From an uncultured cyanobacterium (GTDB taxonomy: Bacteria; Cyanobacteriota; Cyanobacteriia; PCC-9006; JAAUQQ01), in the NCBI GenBank assembly GCA_963718615.1, contig OY970368.1, positions 3,360,001-3,424,000 on the forward strand: a DNA stretch of 64,000 nt. The letters are read 5' to 3'. How positions within the stretch are numbered: the first letter of the stretch is position 1; each line of letters starts with the position of its first letter. Below the pieces are notes generated by a model. The model had not been told where the DNA came from. It made no database searches and saw only the letters and a list, made by a program, of their open reading frames with translations. Shown piece after piece: positions 1 through 10,404 of the stretch. Made by a program: the position numbers and the translations under genes.

Positions 1-1
1 G

Positions 2-595
2 CGTGGCTACCTTACCTACCAGGGAGATGCGACCCTTGATCAAACCCTGATTGCAGTGGGAATCCAGGATGCCAATTGCATTGTGGCGGCGATGCCTTCG
101 GACTCGGACAATCTTTACACCGTGCTTTCCGCCAAAGCCCTGCGACCAGGTTTACGGACGATCGCCCGCGCCAATACCGAAGAAGCCGTCATCAAGATGC
201 AGCGAGCGGGGGCCGATGCGGTGATCTCTCCTTATATTACGGGGGGAAAACGGTTGGCCGCAGCAGCACTACGCCCTCAGGTGATGGATTTTGTAGATGG
301 CATTGGATTGGGAGGCGATCGCTCCTTTTATCTAGAGGAGGTCGTGATTCACGCCCAGGACTGTCCCTATGTGAATCAGGAATTGCGGGAGACGGATTTG
401 CGATCGCGCAGCAGCGCTCTCATCCTGGCGATTCGTCGCACCGAGGGGGAGCTAATTCCAGGGCCTACCGGAGAAACTCGCTTGCTGGATGGCGATTTGC
501 TGATTTGCATGGGAACAGCAGAACAACTCCGAACGCTCATCAAAATTCTGATCCCCCTGGGCTCGACCATGCCGCGTTTGCCCCGCAATCAGTAA
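2..595 (+). CDS. TrkA/RCK-domain potassium channel protein, C-terminal part (5'-truncated by window edge)
   Basis: Frame open from base 2 (RGYLTYQGDATLDQTL...). TrkA_N motifs 'GDAT', 'DSDNLYTVLSAKAL', 'RAGADAVISPY', followed by a TrkA_C domain ('LAIRR...GD.LIC.GT'). Confidence 0.85.
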   Translation, partial: RGYLTYQGDATLDQTLIAVGIQDANCIVAAMPSDSDNLYTVLSAKALRPGLRTIARANTEEAVIKMQRAGADAVISPYITGGKRLAAAALRPQVMDFVDGIGLGGDRSFYLEEVVIHAQDCPYVNQELRETDLRSRSSALILAIRRTEGELIPGPTGETRLLDGDLLICMGTAEQLRTLIKILIPLGSTMPRLPRNQ

Positions 596-672
596 AATTC
601 CTTAAAATTGCTTGCAACCCAAAAGTTGACCGGACCTTCGGCTTAATCTCCGCACAATTTCGATGGCGTGTC

Positions 673-885
673 CTAATTGAGCTTGAGCGCTGCAACCGGA
701 ACCTCATCCCAGGAGGAAACCCTATACATCCGAACGGTCCATCCCTGAGCTTTTTGAGCATCGCTTAAATTTTCCTGAAAGGAAACATAACATTCCCTGG
801 CTTGCTCTTCATTGCAACAAGCGATACAGGCATAGAGAATCCCAGCCGGATCCACCTGTTCATTTACCCAAATGGTTTTAGACAT
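673..885 (-). CDS. Small conserved-looking cyanobacterial hypothetical protein (70 aa), divergent from psbA
   Basis: ATG ORF filling the gap between the K+ channel gene and psbA. 'IWVNEQVDPAGILYACIAC...W.EVP' resembles a small cyanobacterial family recalled from memory. Confidence 0.65.
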   Translation of the reverse strand: MSKTIWVNEQVDPAGILYACIACCNEEQARECYVSFQENLSDAQKAQGWTVRMYRVSSWDEVPVAALKLN

Positions 886-893
886 GCTTTCAC

Positions 894-911
894 TTTACAA
901 AAATAAACAAA
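894..911 (+). promoter_or_regulatory. Possible HLR1-like (RpaB) direct repeat upstream of psbA
   Basis: TTTACAAA-AA-TAAACAAA resembles the HLR1 pattern (G/T)TTACA(T/A)(T/A)-N2-repeat, with 2 mismatches in the second half. It is ~210 bp from the psbA ATG. Confidence 0.25.
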
Positions 912-1120
912 GCTTGAGCAAATACTCAAACAAACTACAAATAAGTTAATGGCAAGGTTTTTGAAAGTCTTGTAGCCTTTAATTAAGGCATTGCAACGAA
1001 AGTTGACTGTCTTTTCATAATTCGCATTCCTAGTTAAAAGCTTACAGGCAATTTGTCTAAATGGCTTTAGCCGGGATTGTCAGTCTTTATCTGTACATTT
1101 CTCGCAATTCATAAATCACC

Positions 1121-2203
1121 ATGACGACTACACTTCGCGGACGCGAAAGTGCCAGTACGTGGGAGCGCTTTTGCGCTTGGATCACAAGCACCAACAACCG
1201 CATTTATGTGGGTTGGTTTGGCGTTCTGATGATCCCTTGCCTGCTTACTGCCACGATTTGCTTCATTATTGCGTTTATCGCAGCACCTCCCGTCGATATC
1301 GATGGCATCCGTGAGCCTGTGGCTGGCTCCTTGCTCTACGGCAACAACATCATGTCTGGCGCGGTTGTGCCCTCTTCCAACGCCATTGGCCTGCACTTCT
1401 ACCCCATCTGGGAAGCAGCTTCCCTCGATGAGTGGTTGTACAACGGCGGCCCTTACCAATTGGTTTGCTTCCACTTCCTCATCGGCATTTTCTGCTGGAT
1501 GGGTCGTCAGTGGGAACTCTCCTACCGCCTCGGCATGCGTCCTTGGATTTGTGTGGCTTACTCTGCACCTGTAGCAGCAGCAACCTCAGTTTTCCTGATC
1601 TACCCGATCGGCCAAGGTTCGTTCTCCGATGGTATGCCCCTGGGTATCTCCGGTACATTCAACTTCATGTTCGTGTTCCAGGCTGAGCACAACATTCTGA
1701 TGCACCCCTTCCACATGCTCGGTGTGGCTGGCGTCTTCGGTGGAAGCTTGTTCTCCGCAATGCACGGTTCGTTGGTGACTTCTTCCTTGGTGCGTGAGAC
1801 CACTGAAGTAGAATCCCAGAACTACGGCTACAAGTTTGGACAAGAAGAGGAAACCTACAACATCGTTGCAGCCCACGGCTACTTCGGTCGTCTGATTTTC
1901 CAATACGCTTCGTTCAACAACAGTCGTGCACTGCACTTCTTCTTGGGTGCATGGCCGGTTGTAGGCATTTGGTTGACCGCAATGGGCATCAGTACCATGG
2001 CATTCAACCTCAATGGCTTTAACTTCAACCAGTCTGTGATTGATAGCCAAGGTCGCGTTGTTGCAACCTGGGCCGATGTCCTCAACCGTGCGAACCTGGG
2101 TATGGAAGTGATGCACGAGCGCAATGCTCACAACTTCCCCTTGGATCTCGCTTCGGGTGAAGCTACTCCCGTTGCCCTGACTGCTCCTGCGATCAACGGC
2201 TAA
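1121..2203 (+). CDS. psbA: Photosystem II D1 protein (Q130 form, W126 variant)
   Basis: 360 aa. Y161, D170, E189, H190, H215, H252, S264, H332, E333, D342 and A344 are present, plus a 16-aa C-terminal extension. Confidence 0.99.
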   Translation: MTTTLRGRESASTWERFCAWITSTNNRIYVGWFGVLMIPCLLTATICFIIAFIAAPPVDIDGIREPVAGSLLYGNNIMSGAVVPSSNAIGLHFYPIWEAASLDEWLYNGGPYQLVCFHFLIGIFCWMGRQWELSYRLGMRPWICVAYSAPVAAATSVFLIYPIGQGSFSDGMPLGISGTFNFMFVFQAEHNILMHPFHMLGVAGVFGGSLFSAMHGSLVTSSLVRETTEVESQNYGYKFGQEEETYNIVAAHGYFGRLIFQYASFNNSRALHFFLGAWPVVGIWLTAMGISTMAFNLNGFNFNQSVIDSQGRVVATWADVLNRANLGMEVMHERNAHNFPLDLASGEATPVALTAPAING

Positions 2204-2261
2204 GAGTAATCTGAAAGAGCTAATCATTGACCGATTTTCGGGACTCTGATTTAGCAGGCTT

Positions 2262-2291
2262 AAAAAGGCGCTCTCTTCGGGGAGCGCTTTT
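2262..2291. terminator. Bidirectional intrinsic terminator between convergent psbA and tex
   Basis: AAAAAGGCGCTCTC-TTCG-GGGAGCGCTTTT hairpin with A and T tails. Confidence 0.85.
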
Positions 2292-2365
2292 GATTTGCAT
2301 ATTTTTTGTGCGAGCTCGTTTTAAGCTCAATTATCGGGCGCGGAATGCGCGCCCCAACACAAGGA

Positions 2366-4726
2366 CTAAAGCTTGCGGCCAAACTTGCGCTTGAGTTCAT
2401 CCAGGGAATTGCCCGAGGTCGAGTGAGTCTGGCGAGGCCGCTGGGTCGCTGGATTTTGCGGTGCGCCGGAAAGCTTTTGATGCACAGGATTTGGCTTGCT
2501 CGGTCGACTGGTGCTGGGAGTAGCAGACAGTATTTCTGCCCCAGGCTGAGCCCCACCGCTCACGGCTTTCATCGAAAGGCCAATGCGTTTGAGCTTTTCG
2601 TTCACCTCCATGACCCGAACCTTGACCACCTGACCCACCTTCACCACATCCTTGGGATCTTGAACAAATTGGTTAGCCAATTGAGAAATATGAACCAAAC
2701 CATCTTGGTGCACGCCGATATCGACAAAAGCGCCAAAATTTGCCACATTAGTGACAATTCCTTCTAGCTCCATGCCTTCCTTGAGGTCACTCATTTCGTT
2801 GATATCTTCCCGGAACTGGGCATAGGTAAACTGGGCACGGGGGTCACGACCTGGTTTTTCGAGTTCTTGAAGAATGTCTCGCAGCGTTGGTTCGCCCACC
2901 GTATCAGTCACATAACGTTTGAGGTCAATCCGATTAATTTCTAGATTCTTCAGAAAATTGGGGGATATTGTATCGACCTGAGCATCGCTCAAAATGCTTG
3001 ATACAATGCCATAGCTTTCCGGGTGAACGGCAGTATTATCCAGGGGGTTTTTGCCCCCGCGAATCCGCAAAAACCCTGCACATTGTTCAAAGGCTTTGGG
3101 TCCTAGTTTAGGCACTTTGAGCAACTGTTTGCGATCGCCAAAGGCCCCATTCTCATTGCGGTAGCTAACGATATTGTTGGCGATCGCCCCAGTAATTCCC
3201 GACACATACATCAGCAATTCTTTTGAAGCGGTATTAAGGTCAACCCCCACATAGTTCACACAGCTTTCAACCGTTTCTGCCAGCTTTTGTTTGAGCAATT
3301 TCTGATCGACATCATGCTGATATTGACCTACACCAATGGATTTTGGGTCGATTTTCACCAACTCAGCCAGGGGGTCTTGCAAGCGACGACCAATGCTGAT
3401 AGCACCTCGAACGGTGATATCTAAATCGGGAAATTCGGCGATCGCCACCTCACTCGCTGAATAAATCGACGCCCCCGCCTCATTCACCATGACCTTAATG
3501 GGCGGTTGCTTAAGGCATTGAAACACTTCCCCTACAAAGGCTTCAGTCTCGCGACTGGCGGTGCCATTGCCAATGGCCACGAGCTCAATTTTGTACTGTT
3601 CAATTAACTGTTGAATCGTTTGAGCAGCCTGTTCGCGCTTGCCGGCTCCCGTGTGGGGAAACACCGCTTGATAGTTAAGATATTTGCCGGTCTGATCAAT
3701 GACAGCGACTTTGCAGCCCGTGCGAAAACCGGGGTCGATGGCCAATGTGGGCTTCATGCCCGCAGGCGCAGTCAAAAGCAAATCCCGCAGATTGGCCTCA
3801 AAGGTTTTAATCGACTCAATATCGGCCCATTCTTTCTTCTCGCCAATCACCCCAGTGACCAGCGAGGTTTTCATCAGACGGCCAAAGGCATCTCGAATCA
3901 GGGTTTGATAAAACTGACGCAGTTGCGGAGATTGGCTGCGCAGAATGCAGGACTCTAGATAGTCAATCACCACATCTTCTTCAAACTCAAGATTCATTCC
4001 CAGAATCCCTTCACTTTGGCCCCGCAGCAGGGCCAGGAGATTGTGGGGGGCGATCGCCTTGATGGAAATTTGATAGTTGCGATAGGTCTCGAATTTGGTG
4101 CTGCCTTCAGGAAACTCAGCTTTGATTTTGGACGTGAAGATTCCGGTTTTGAGCAGAAACTCCCGTACCCAAGCCCGCAGTTCTGCCCGTTCTGCAATGC
4201 CTTCTGCCAAGATATCGGCGGCTCCCTGGAGGGCATCTTCAGCCGTGGCAACGCCTTTTTCTGGATCTACATATTGCGAAGCTTCTGCCCCAAGGTCGGC
4301 CTTGGGGGATTGGGGGGTATTGAGGGATTCAAGCCAATCTGCTAAGGGTGCTAAACCCTTTTCTCGGGCCATGGTGGCGCGGGTGCGGCGTTTGGGCTTG
4401 TAGGGCAGATAGAGGTCTTCGAGATCGGTTTTTTGGCTGCAGGCTGCGATTTTGGCCTGGAGTTCGAGGGTGAGTTTGCCTTGGTCGGCGATCGCCTTAA
4501 GGATGGTTTGTTTGCGATCGCTCAGTTCGCTCAGGTAGCCATGGCGCTCTTGAATCTGCCGCAGTTGGGTTTCGTCCAATTCGCCAGTGCGCTCTTTGCG
4601 GTAGCGGGCAATGAAGGGAATGGTTGCGCCTTCGGCGAAGAGGTCTAGGGCGCTTTGGACCTGAGCCGGGTGAATGTCAAGTTCTTGGGCGATTTGAGCG
4701 GTAAAGGATAGCTGGGGAGAAGACAT
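2366..4726 (-). CDS. tex: Tex-family transcription accessory protein (YqgF-like, HhH, S1)
   Basis: 'GATIPFIARYRKE', 'AIDPGFRTGCK', 'GNGTASRET', S1 'FGAFVDIGVHQDGLVHISQL'. Start placed at MSSPQ (4726) to avoid overlapping the upstream gene. Confidence 0.93.
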   Translation of the reverse strand: MSSPQLSFTAQIAQELDIHPAQVQSALDLFAEGATIPFIARYRKERTGELDETQLRQIQERHGYLSELSDRKQTILKAIADQGKLTLELQAKIAACSQKTDLEDLYLPYKPKRRTRATMAREKGLAPLADWLESLNTPQSPKADLGAEASQYVDPEKGVATAEDALQGAADILAEGIAERAELRAWVREFLLKTGIFTSKIKAEFPEGSTKFETYRNYQISIKAIAPHNLLALLRGQSEGILGMNLEFEEDVVIDYLESCILRSQSPQLRQFYQTLIRDAFGRLMKTSLVTGVIGEKKEWADIESIKTFEANLRDLLLTAPAGMKPTLAIDPGFRTGCKVAVIDQTGKYLNYQAVFPHTGAGKREQAAQTIQQLIEQYKIELVAIGNGTASRETEAFVGEVFQCLKQPPIKVMVNEAGASIYSASEVAIAEFPDLDITVRGAISIGRRLQDPLAELVKIDPKSIGVGQYQHDVDQKLLKQKLAETVESCVNYVGVDLNTASKELLMYVSGITGAIANNIVSYRNENGAFGDRKQLLKVPKLGPKAFEQCAGFLRIRGGKNPLDNTAVHPESYGIVSSILSDAQVDTISPNFLKNLEINRIDLKRYVTDTVGEPTLRDILQELEKPGRDPRAQFTYAQFREDINEMSDLKEGMELEGIVTNVANFGAFVDIGVHQDGLVHISQLANQFVQDPKDVVKVGQVVKVRVMEVNEKLKRIGLSMKAVSGGAQPGAEILSATPSTSRPSKPNPVHQKLSGAPQNPATQRPRQTHSTSGNSLDELKRKFGRKL

Positions 4727-4748
4727 ATGGGTTATGCAGAAAGGTCGC

Positions 4749-6014
4749 TTAGGAGGAAGCATCATCCGGCGATGGCGATGCCTGGAGTATGGTTTTCGAG
4801 ACGATGCGGGTCTTTTTGCGATCGCTCTCCGATAACTCCTCTCCCGACTGTAACCGCGTCGCATTTTCCTGCAACACCGTTGCCGCTCGCTGGTCGCCCA
4901 TTTGCAACGCCGTTTGCGCAGCCGTTTGCAGCATGGTGGCGGCCCCTGTGCGATCGCCCGCCTGAAGTTTCGCCTCGGCGATCTGGGTTTGTCGATATTT
5001 GGCTAGCGTCAAGACTTGCTGTTGGACATCGGCATCCACCTGGGCCGCATGATCCGCCACCGCTTCGACGGCGATCGCCACCGGCTCAGACAGCAGGCCG
5101 GTTTTCCCCGAAGCCGGATCATCGTAACGAACCCGAAGCTGAGCAATGTCGTGGCGACCCTCAGGCAACTGCTGAATATAGAGATTGACCAACACCTGCC
5201 GGGGAAAATCCACCATCAGGTCTCCCAGTCTGGCCTCAATGCGGTTGCCTTCGACGAGGGGCTGTAGCTCAATGACATCTGGGCTGACCTGGGCCAGGGG
5301 CTTGGTGTTGGCCAACGTCACCCGAGGATCCAGTTCTAGCAGGAGCTGGGCATTGGTCAACCCCACGGTTTGCATCCGCTGAAAGAGGCGGCTAAATTCT
5401 CCTAGAACCTCTTCAGACCGTTCAATGTAGGTGAGGCTGCCGCCGCCCACGTCGGCGATTTGTTCCAGGATATTTTGGTTCCAGTGGTCGCCAAACCCCA
5501 GCGTATTCACCGTTAGGCCAAAATCCGCCGCCAGTTTCGCAAATTTCAAACAGCGCTCATTGCTGCCATGTTCATTTTCGCCATCGGTGAGTAGCAGCGC
5601 CTGGGACACCGCCTCGCCCTTGCCCTTAGCCAATTCTTCAATGCCGAGCCGGAGTCCTTCGTCAATGGCGGTGCCCCCGCCCGCCTCCAGTTGGGCGATC
5701 GCCCCCCGAATTGTCGCCGGATTGTCGATCACCTGGTTGGGAATTAACAGCCGCGCCCGATGGTCAAAGCTGACGACCGACAGGCGATCGCCCGGTGTTA
5801 GTTTTTCCAGCAACCGCAAGGCCGCCTGTTTCACCGTTTCGAGGGGACGGCCCCCCATGGAGCCGCTCTGGTCCAGCATGAGGCAAAGATTTAGCGGCGC
5901 ACGGCCTGCCCCTGCCGCCAAGGCACTGATCGAGACCGCGAGCTGTCGTTGACTCTGGGGTTGGGCGATCGCCACCTGGGGGTCACTCAGCGTACCGTTT
6001 AAACCAACTTGCAT
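4749..6014 (-). CDS. VWA (YfbK-like) domain protein
   Basis: MIDAS 'LDQSGSMG', 'GGTAIDEGL', 'LLTDGENEHG'. Confidence 0.88.
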   Translation of the reverse strand: MQVGLNGTLSDPQVAIAQPQSQRQLAVSISALAAGAGRAPLNLCLMLDQSGSMGGRPLETVKQAALRLLEKLTPGDRLSVVSFDHRARLLIPNQVIDNPATIRGAIAQLEAGGGTAIDEGLRLGIEELAKGKGEAVSQALLLTDGENEHGSNERCLKFAKLAADFGLTVNTLGFGDHWNQNILEQIADVGGGSLTYIERSEEVLGEFSRLFQRMQTVGLTNAQLLLELDPRVTLANTKPLAQVSPDVIELQPLVEGNRIEARLGDLMVDFPRQVLVNLYIQQLPEGRHDIAQLRVRYDDPASGKTGLLSEPVAIAVEAVADHAAQVDADVQQQVLTLAKYRQTQIAEAKLQAGDRTGAATMLQTAAQTALQMGDQRAATVLQENATRLQSGEELSESDRKKTRIVSKTILQASPSPDDASS

Positions 6015-6257
6015 TCGCCTTTTCCTTTCCGACAGGTCATTCGTTCCAACTGCTTCAACTCAGCGACCGAACGGGGGTCTTGTTCTCTATTCTGACCTAA
6101 GATTTCGGCCCTGTGGCCCCTCACTCGCTTTCAGTTTGCCCAAATGGAGTTAAAAAGAATTGCAGAAAAAATTTAGGGCTGATCAACCGCAGCCGTCTCG
6201 TCAAACCGAGCGCTAGTATGGTACTGGTAACGCGCAAAGCCTAGGCAAGACCAATTT

Positions 6258-6953
6258 ATGAGTGGACCGATCAAAGCTGTTCAAGCGGCTTCCTACGGAG
6301 ACGCCTACTATCGCACTCCGCCGCCCGATCTCCCTTCACTATTACTGAAGGAGCGGATTGTTTATTTGGGCCTGCCCCTCTTCTCTGACGACAACGTTAA
6401 ACGTCAGGTGGGGGTTGATGTCACTGAGTTGATCATTGCTCAACTGCTGTACTTGCAGTTTGATAGCCCTGAAAAGCCGATTTACTTCTACATCAACTCG
6501 ACGGGCACCTCCTGGTATGACGGGGCCTCTGTGGGATATGAAACCGAGGCCTTTGCGATTTGCGATACCCTCAGCTACATCAAGCCACCGGTCCATACCA
6601 TTTGCATTGGTCAGGCCATGGGCACCGCTGCGGTAATTTTGTCCGCTGGCACCAAAGGCTGTCGGGCCAGCTTGCCCCACGCCACCATCGTGCTCAATCA
6701 GCCTCGAACCGGCGCAGGCCAAGGGCAAGCTACGGATATTCAGATTCGGGCCCAGGAAGTGTTGGACAACAAGCACACCATGATGGAGATTCTCTCGAAG
6801 AACACCGGCCAGCCTATTGAAAAGCTTGTAAAGGATACCGATCGCACCTTCTATCTCACCCCTGACGTGGCAAAGGAATACGGCATCATTGATCGAGTTC
6901 TGGAAAGTACCAAGGACTTGCCTGTCCCGCCCGTTGCGGCAGGGATTGGCTAG
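6258..6953 (+). CDS. clpR: Clp protease non-catalytic subunit ClpR
   Basis: 'RTPPPDLPSLLLKERIVYLG'. The catalytic Ser is absent (GQAMGTA). Adjacent to clpP3. Confidence 0.92.
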   Translation: MSGPIKAVQAASYGDAYYRTPPPDLPSLLLKERIVYLGLPLFSDDNVKRQVGVDVTELIIAQLLYLQFDSPEKPIYFYINSTGTSWYDGASVGYETEAFAICDTLSYIKPPVHTICIGQAMGTAAVILSAGTKGCRASLPHATIVLNQPRTGAGQGQATDIQIRAQEVLDNKHTMMEILSKNTGQPIEKLVKDTDRTFYLTPDVAKEYGIIDRVLESTKDLPVPPVAAGIG

Positions 6954-6983
6954 GGCCCAGAGTTGGGCTAACCCATTGGTTGG

Positions 6984-7016
6984 GAATTTTTGTTGAATCT
7001 TTGTTGAATTTTTGTC
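6984..7016 (+). repeat. Imperfect 11-bp tandem repeat x3 (GAATYTTTGTY)
   Basis: gaatttttgtt gaatctttgtt gaatttttgtc in the clpR-clpP spacer. Confidence 0.7.
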
Positions 7017-7034
7017 GTTTTTTCCTGAACTTCT

Positions 7035-7628
7035 ATGCCTATTGGTGTTCCTAGCGTTCCCTATCGCCTACCGGGTAGTCCTTACGAGCGCTGGATTGAT
7101 ATCTATACCCGTTTGAGTCAAGAGCGCATTATTTTTCTGGGCCAAGAGGTCACGGATTCCCTCGCCAACAATATTGTGGCGGTGATGCTCTATCTCGACT
7201 CCGAGGACAATACCAAGCCCATCAACCTGTATATCAATTCTCCCGGTGGCTCCGTCACAGCAGGCATGGCGATCTATGACACCATGCAATACATCAAGTC
7301 CCCCGTAGTGACGATCTGTGTGGGGTTGGCTGCGTCCATGGGAGCCTTTTTGCTCGCCGCCGGTGCGCCGGGTAAGCGGTTGGCCTTGCCCCATGCTCGG
7401 ATTATGATCCACCAGCCCCTGGGGGGAACAGGCCGTCGGCAGGCGACGGATATTGAGATTGAGGCGCGGGAAATCCTACGGATTAAACACAACCTCAACG
7501 AGATTTTGGCCCAGCGCTCGGGTCAAAGCTTGGCCAAAATTGAAAAGGATACCGATCGCGACTATTTCCTCTCCGCTGCCGAAGCCAAGGAATATGGGTT
7601 GATTGATCGGGTGATCGAAGATGCCTAG
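7035..7628 (+). CDS. clpP: ATP-dependent Clp protease proteolytic subunit (ClpP3 type)
   Basis: '[14 protein letters not shown]', 'YINSPGGSV', catalytic 'AASMG' and 'MIHQP'. Confidence 0.95.
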   Translation: MPIGVPSVPYRLPGSPYERWIDIYTRLSQERIIFLGQEVTDSLANNIVAVMLYLDSEDNTKPINLYINSPGGSVTAGMAIYDTMQYIKSPVVTICVGLAASMGAFLLAAGAPGKRLALPHARIMIHQPLGGTGRRQATDIEIEAREILRIKHNLNEILAQRSGQSLAKIEKDTDRDYFLSAAEAKEYGLIDRVIEDA

Positions 7629-7779
7629 GGCATGACCCTGGCGGCCAGCCTGACGGTGGGGGCGTGAATTCCACGCCCTCGTAAATCTTTGCCCTCGTGA
7701 ATCTTTAGAAATTTGTGACGATTCGGTATCTTCAGGGTAATTTTGTATCTGATGACTCACCTATCGCGATCGCCAGGGA

Positions 7780-8355
7780 ATGAAGTTGCCCGACTGCTAC
7801 CGCATCCTAGGACTCCGTGAGGGCGCTTCCTACGAGGATATTAAGGCGTCCTATCGCCGTCTGGCACGGCAGTATCACCCCGATGCCAATCCGGGTAATG
7901 ATGACGCTCACGCCAAGTTTGTACGGGTTGCCCAAGCCTACCAGCATTTATCGCAACAGATTTCGCCGCTGGAAGCACGGAATTTTACGGGTATTTATAA
8001 CGATCTGCTGGGGCCACCGAGTCCCTCTCCGGCGGAGACCAGTCCTCAAACCCTGGCGCGGGAGAACAAGCTCAAGCAAGACATCTATGGCAAGCTTCAG
8101 ATGACCTTGCAAAATCAACGCTTTCCCCGTGCTGTGGCGTTGGTTGAAGGTTTGGCCCAGCGTTTGCCCCAGGATGCGGAAGTGCGCCAGTGGCAGGCCA
8201 TCACCTATCAGTATTGGGCGCGTCATTTGATTAGCGAGCGGCAATTCGACAAGGCTCGGGTCTACTTGAGAAAAGCCCTGCGTGTCGTGCCCCATAACCG
8301 CACGCTCACCGAAGAAATGGAGCGCGAACTAGAGCGCATTGAGCAATTGCGCTAG
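7780..8355 (+). CDS. J-domain (DnaJ-like) protein with C-terminal TPR-like helix pair
   Basis: 'YRILGL...IKASYRRLARQYHPD' J domain. Confidence 0.88.
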   Translation: MKLPDCYRILGLREGASYEDIKASYRRLARQYHPDANPGNDDAHAKFVRVAQAYQHLSQQISPLEARNFTGIYNDLLGPPSPSPAETSPQTLARENKLKQDIYGKLQMTLQNQRFPRAVALVEGLAQRLPQDAEVRQWQAITYQYWARHLISERQFDKARVYLRKALRVVPHNRTLTEEMERELERIEQLR

Positions 8356-8378
8356 CCCAGACCGTTTTGAGCCTTCCC

Positions 8379-9647
8379 ATGACTCCTCCCCATGACCCTT
8401 CTGCCTCGCGATCGCCCCTTCGGTGGCTCACCCCCAAACCTTGGCTGCTCCAGCGCGATCGCCTCACCCACGGGCTCGAAATCCGCTGGGTCAACCCCTC
8501 CTATAGCGGTTGGGTGTTGATAGGACTAGGGGCGTTTTTCTTTTTGGCGGCGAGCAACACCATGGCGGGTTGGCTCTACGTGATGAGTGGGGTGACCGTG
8601 GCGCTGTTGGCGATCGCCACCTACCTGGCTCGGCGCAGTCTGAAAGGATTGACCGTGACTCGGAGCGATCGCGCCGCCTTTGTCAGCACCGATCAGCCGA
8701 TTCCCCTGAGCCTCGCGATCGAAAATTCTACAAGTCAGCCCAAAACCCTTCTGGAACTCCAAGAGGGTCCACCGCTTGCGGTCGAGAGCTGCTATCGACA
8801 GGCGATCGCCCTGATCCCCGCCCGCGATCGCTTGCCCCTGCGCTACAGCCTCCCAGGCCAACCCCGAGGCATTCTTCGCTGGGAAACCTTGACACTGCGC
8901 AGTGCCGCGCCCCTAGGGTTGCTCTGGCACCGTCGGACCCTAGAGGCTCCCTTCAAAGCCGTCGTCTCTCCCCCGATTTTGCCCCTTGATCGCTGTTCCC
9001 TGGTGGATAGTCTTGGACAGGAGCAAAACCCCAACCTCCTGAAGATTCAGCGATCGCAAACCGCCAACGAAGGCCTCACCCGCGCCCTGCGACCCTATCG
9101 CTGGGGCGACCCCATCCGCATGGTCCATTGGCGAACCAGCGCCCGTTATGGCGAACTGCGCGTCCGCGAACTAGAAACCCTCCAAGCCGGGGAAGACATT
9201 GTTTTTGCCCTGGACGACCAACATCCTTGGTTTGCCATCCCCGAACTGAACCTTACCGGCCTAGGCCAGCTTCGCCCCCAGGCGATCAATAGCTTCGAGC
9301 AAGCCGTCGTCGCCCTCGCGTCCCTGTATCGTTACGCGAGCCGTTATCAGAGCCGAGTTGCCCTCTGGACCCAAACCCATGGGTTGCTTCGAGGCGATCG
9401 CCCCATCCTCGAAGCCCTCGCCGGCATTCAGCCCCCTGCCCCCACGCCCCAAACCATTCGTTCTCCTAGCGATCGCCCCCAGCAACCGCTCATCTGGCTG
9501 ACCCAAACCCCCAACACCCTCAGTCAACTTCCTCCCGGCAGCCGCTGGCTCCTTTGGCCTCATCCTGCGATCCCTCTTCAATCCTTGAATACCAAGGGAC
9601 TGACCCTAGATCCCCCTCAACCCCTCCAATTCCAGCTGCAATTCTAG
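8379..9647 (+). CDS. DUF58 domain protein
   Basis: Two N-terminal TM segments and the DUF58 signature 'LRPYRWGDPIRMVHWRTSAR'. Start may be TTG 8367. Confidence 0.85.
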   Translation: MTPPHDPSASRSPLRWLTPKPWLLQRDRLTHGLEIRWVNPSYSGWVLIGLGAFFFLAASNTMAGWLYVMSGVTVALLAIATYLARRSLKGLTVTRSDRAAFVSTDQPIPLSLAIENSTSQPKTLLELQEGPPLAVESCYRQAIALIPARDRLPLRYSLPGQPRGILRWETLTLRSAAPLGLLWHRRTLEAPFKAVVSPPILPLDRCSLVDSLGQEQNPNLLKIQRSQTANEGLTRALRPYRWGDPIRMVHWRTSARYGELRVRELETLQAGEDIVFALDDQHPWFAIPELNLTGLGQLRPQAINSFEQAVVALASLYRYASRYQSRVALWTQTHGLLRGDRPILEALAGIQPPAPTPQTIRSPSDRPQQPLIWLTQTPNTLSQLPPGSRWLLWPHPAIPLQSLNTKGLTLDPPQPLQFQLQF

Positions 9648-9684
9648 AAATCCTTCTTTCTTCTCTCTTTTTCTTCTTTTCTCT

Positions 9685-10101
9685 ATGCTGCCCCCCGAAT
9701 TTTGGCAAGGTGCTGACCAGTTCAATCAAAGCGAGTTTTACGCCTGTCACGACACCTTCGAAGCCCTTTGGATGGAAACCCTAGATCCCGATCGCACCTT
9801 TTATCAGGGTCTACTGCAAATCGCCGTCGGTCTATATCACCTCAGCAACCTCAACTGGCAGGGAGCCGTTACCCTCCTCGGCAGCGGCAGCGGTCGGCTG
9901 CGGGGCTATGAGCCGGACTACGAAGGCGTTCAGGTCACCCCCGTGCGCGAGGCGGCTCAAGCGATTTTGGAATTGCTGCAAACCGAAGGCCCCGATCAGA
10001 TTAAACCCTGCGCCGAAGCCGTTGGATTACAGCCTGGGGGAGAGCCGGCTCGGCTGACATTACCTCAGATTTATCCCCTCGACGAAGCTTCAATCCTTTG
10101 A
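9685..10101 (+). CDS. DUF309 domain protein
   Basis: 'FNQSEFYACHDTFEALW...YQGLLQIAVGLYHL...N.QGA'. Confidence 0.88.
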   Translation: MLPPEFWQGADQFNQSEFYACHDTFEALWMETLDPDRTFYQGLLQIAVGLYHLSNLNWQGAVTLLGSGSGRLRGYEPDYEGVQVTPVREAAQAILELLQTEGPDQIKPCAEAVGLQPGGEPARLTLPQIYPLDEASIL

Positions 10102-10404
10102 TAGACCTTTATTGAATCGATCATTAATCGAACAATTAACCGAATCACGGCATTGTCCGATGGCTTTGTCCTGGGGAAATAAAAAATTTCTGGGAAAACT
10201 AATAGCGAGCACGCCCTGGGCAGCCCGTCCGGTCGTTAGTAGCCGTAAGCTAAGATCACGAAAGCAGGCAACCTTGAGCCCGATTGCACAGTCCCTAGAT
10301 CATAGAGGCTGACATGGATGGCTCTGGGCCGAAGTCGGTCTGAGTGAATCCATTGTGACTCAGTTCTTGGTTGGGTGAAGTAATTTCTGGTGTTGGTGGC
10401 AATC

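Noticed and set aside
1121-2203. Rogue or far-red (ChlF-type) D1
   Set aside because: All Mn4CaO5 ligands and the normal processing site are intact, and there are no far-red cluster genes nearby.
1586-2227. Long antisense or alternative-frame ORFs (1586-2227, also 40554-41336, 45452-46333, 60513-61448)
   Set aside because: Shadows of well-supported genes with no recognisable motifs.
4727-4864. N-terminal extension of the 832-aa tex ORF
   Set aside because: Arg-rich, overlaps the VWA gene in another frame, and Tex similarity begins after MSSPQ.
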